From Dipteris shenzhenensis (taxonomy: Eukaryota): a DNA stretch of 64,000 nucleotides. The stretch lies in the NCBI GenBank assembly GCA_047967505.1, contig CM106538.1; one strand, 5' to 3'. The notes below the pieces were generated by a model that ran no database searches, was not told the DNA's origin, and saw nothing but the letters and a program-made list of their open reading frames with translations. Shown here piece by piece: positions 62,112 through 64,000 of this stretch. Position numbers and translations under genes: made by a program. How positions within the stretch are numbered: the first letter of the stretch is position 1; every line of letters begins with the position of its first letter.

Positions 62112-62774
62112 TCGTGGTCAGTTAGGGACCAAGAGAGCATGGAGCTAACTGTGTGATTCAGAAGTTGAGGCAAATTGAGTAGGACTTAATTCAAGGTGAC
62201 TTGTAGCAAAGGCCATAGGAGGCTGTTTAGAGCAGCCTGCTTAAGAAGTGAAGGTACAGCAAAGGAGGAAGCCTAGATAGATTCCTCGACCATTCACATC
62301 GTTGAAGTAACAATCTCAAAAAATTTTGAAGTCACATTCACAGCGAGAAAGATATAGAATTCATTGTAGAGCCCATTCTATTCATTCTATGAGGGTCTTG
62401 TGGAAGTCATGCAAGAAATGACAGCTTGACAACCCTTCATTGTTTTGGGCATAACTTTTACTTACGACATTGGATTTGGGTGTTCTAGTGCTCAAATTGA
62501 ATAGTACATCAAGCTCTATGCATCCAAGTAGTTATAGTTGGCATTCTATAATGTTTAAAGATCTCTATTTCATGCACTACAGCGTTGATCTGTTTTGGGA
62601 CAGCAAGTCAAAATCTGCTCATTTCACATGCATTTCTAATCCATTCGAAGTGTAGTCCTAATCCATTTGAAGTGCTTAGCGGTGGCTTCCTTTGAATCTC
62701 ATTCAATAAGCAATCAGCTGATGGAGTGCTAATTTCACTTACATATTAGACTATAAGCTTTTGGAAGGTGTATG

Positions 62775-64000
62775 TGTTAGATATCAATGCTCCACTCTCG
62801 TGTAACTACGCGGGAACCAGCTAACTCTACTTGTAAGCCCCCCATATGAGGAGAAGGCATTTGAGTAGCTCGGTTATCCGGTAGGTCCTGGTTTAGACAC
62901 TAGATGGGGGCCATGTGTGGCCTGATGGCCGAACGGCTTCAGATAGAGTTGGCACACTGCCAACTAGGCTACATGCAAGTACGGGAAGGCATCCCATGAC
63001 TGACCGCGCTGAGGGTAGATGGAGCATTTCTCGAGGCAGCCCACTCTTGGGTTGCGGGGCCCATTCGGAACCTCAAATGCCCGGATTGGGCCGAATGGAG
63101 ACCATAGGTTAGTTGCTCTATTTTGCACACCGGTTCTGTCATGTTGTCGGTGGCCTATTTTGGGACCAACCCCCAGTCGGCCGTTCTGGGCAGATAGGGT
63201 CGGTCACCCAATTGGCTCTAATCGACTACTTGTGGTGACTATATAAGAGCAAGCCCGTGAAGCCCATTTCATCATTGGCTACAGCAACCTTGATTCCTTA
63301 GCATCCAGCCTCCGTCTTCTATTGTTTCCAGCTCACCATCAAAGCTTCTTTCACAGGAGTGCATGGCTGGGAGGCAACGCCATCTATTATATCAGTTTTA
63401 CAGTAATCAAAATTTTGATTCTCCATACTATCTATTTTTCTCTCTTGCGTATGAGATCCTATTATCTATTGAGCACAGACGTTGTATTGTTTTCTTACAT
63501 GGTATCAGAGCCTGGACTCTAGTAAGAAGATTTGGTAGTGTGTTTCTGTTTGTGAGCAGATTGTGAGAGATGGCCCAGCCCGCAAGACTGCGAATCCCAC
63601 CGTTCGGCAAAAGTGAAAAGTTGGACGGCTCTAACTATCCACTTTGGAAGTTCAAGATGAAGACCATCCTAAGCGCATACGAGCTTTGGGACACTGCTAC
63701 TGGGCTAGACATGAAGCTGGTCCGAGACCGACCAATGCAGCACAACAGATGGTACCAACTGCGAATGAGATTCTCGCGTGGATAAGAAGAAATGCAGATG
63801 CACTGTGTTCTATTGTCTGCAGTGCAAGTGATTCCCTCATGGCATTAATTCAACATGTCACCACAACGGAAGAGGCATGGACGGACTTGAAAAATTAGTA
63901 CGAGACCACGAATAGACTCAACTCGAGAATGAGAAACTGTCTGAGTCTGAAATGACAGAGAAGTTCATCACCAGGGTGAAGAATCTGCACGATCAGATGA
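62775..64000 (+). mobile_element. Ty1/Copia element 5' end (LTR 62775-63499, PBS 63500-63511, gag), running off the window
   Basis: TGTTAGATATC...TTCTTACA followed by TGGTATCAGAGC. Gag reads MAQPARLRIPPFGKSEKLDGSNYPLWKFKMKTIL and is frameshifted. Confidence 0.9.

Overview
This is eukaryotic, intron-rich, transposon-dense DNA from a large-genome land plant. A fern-like origin is my inference and is not proven. The only host gene I can find is the 3' part of a queuine tRNA-ribosyltransferase accessory subunit gene (QTRT2/QTRTD1-like, + strand). It has seven short GT-AG coding exons (6169-6265, 31896-31966, 32108-32159, 32408-32456, 32547-32693, 33120-33239, 41205-41349) that splice in frame and are not recovered in the ORF track. 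Two of its introns are very large (25.6 kb and 8.0 kb) and hold nested elements: a near-complete Tat-type Ty3/Gypsy with two RNase H domains, inserted in an L1 fragment; a full-length but decayed L1 with a TSD; an RTE-like LINE interrupted by a solo LTR; and several Copia pieces. The flanks are decayed Gypsy/Copia remnants, solo LTRs, a MULE-like element and tandem arrays. The most interesting candidate is a 132-nt, two-hairpin segment in the last QTRT2 intron. It is flanked by splice sites and would add a premature stop if included, so it may be a structured poison exon. Other notable signals are a conserved CCCCATATGAGGAG motif shared by otherwise dissimilar LTRs and a strong CHG-deamination stop-codon signature in the L1. 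All calls come from manual reading; no searches were run.
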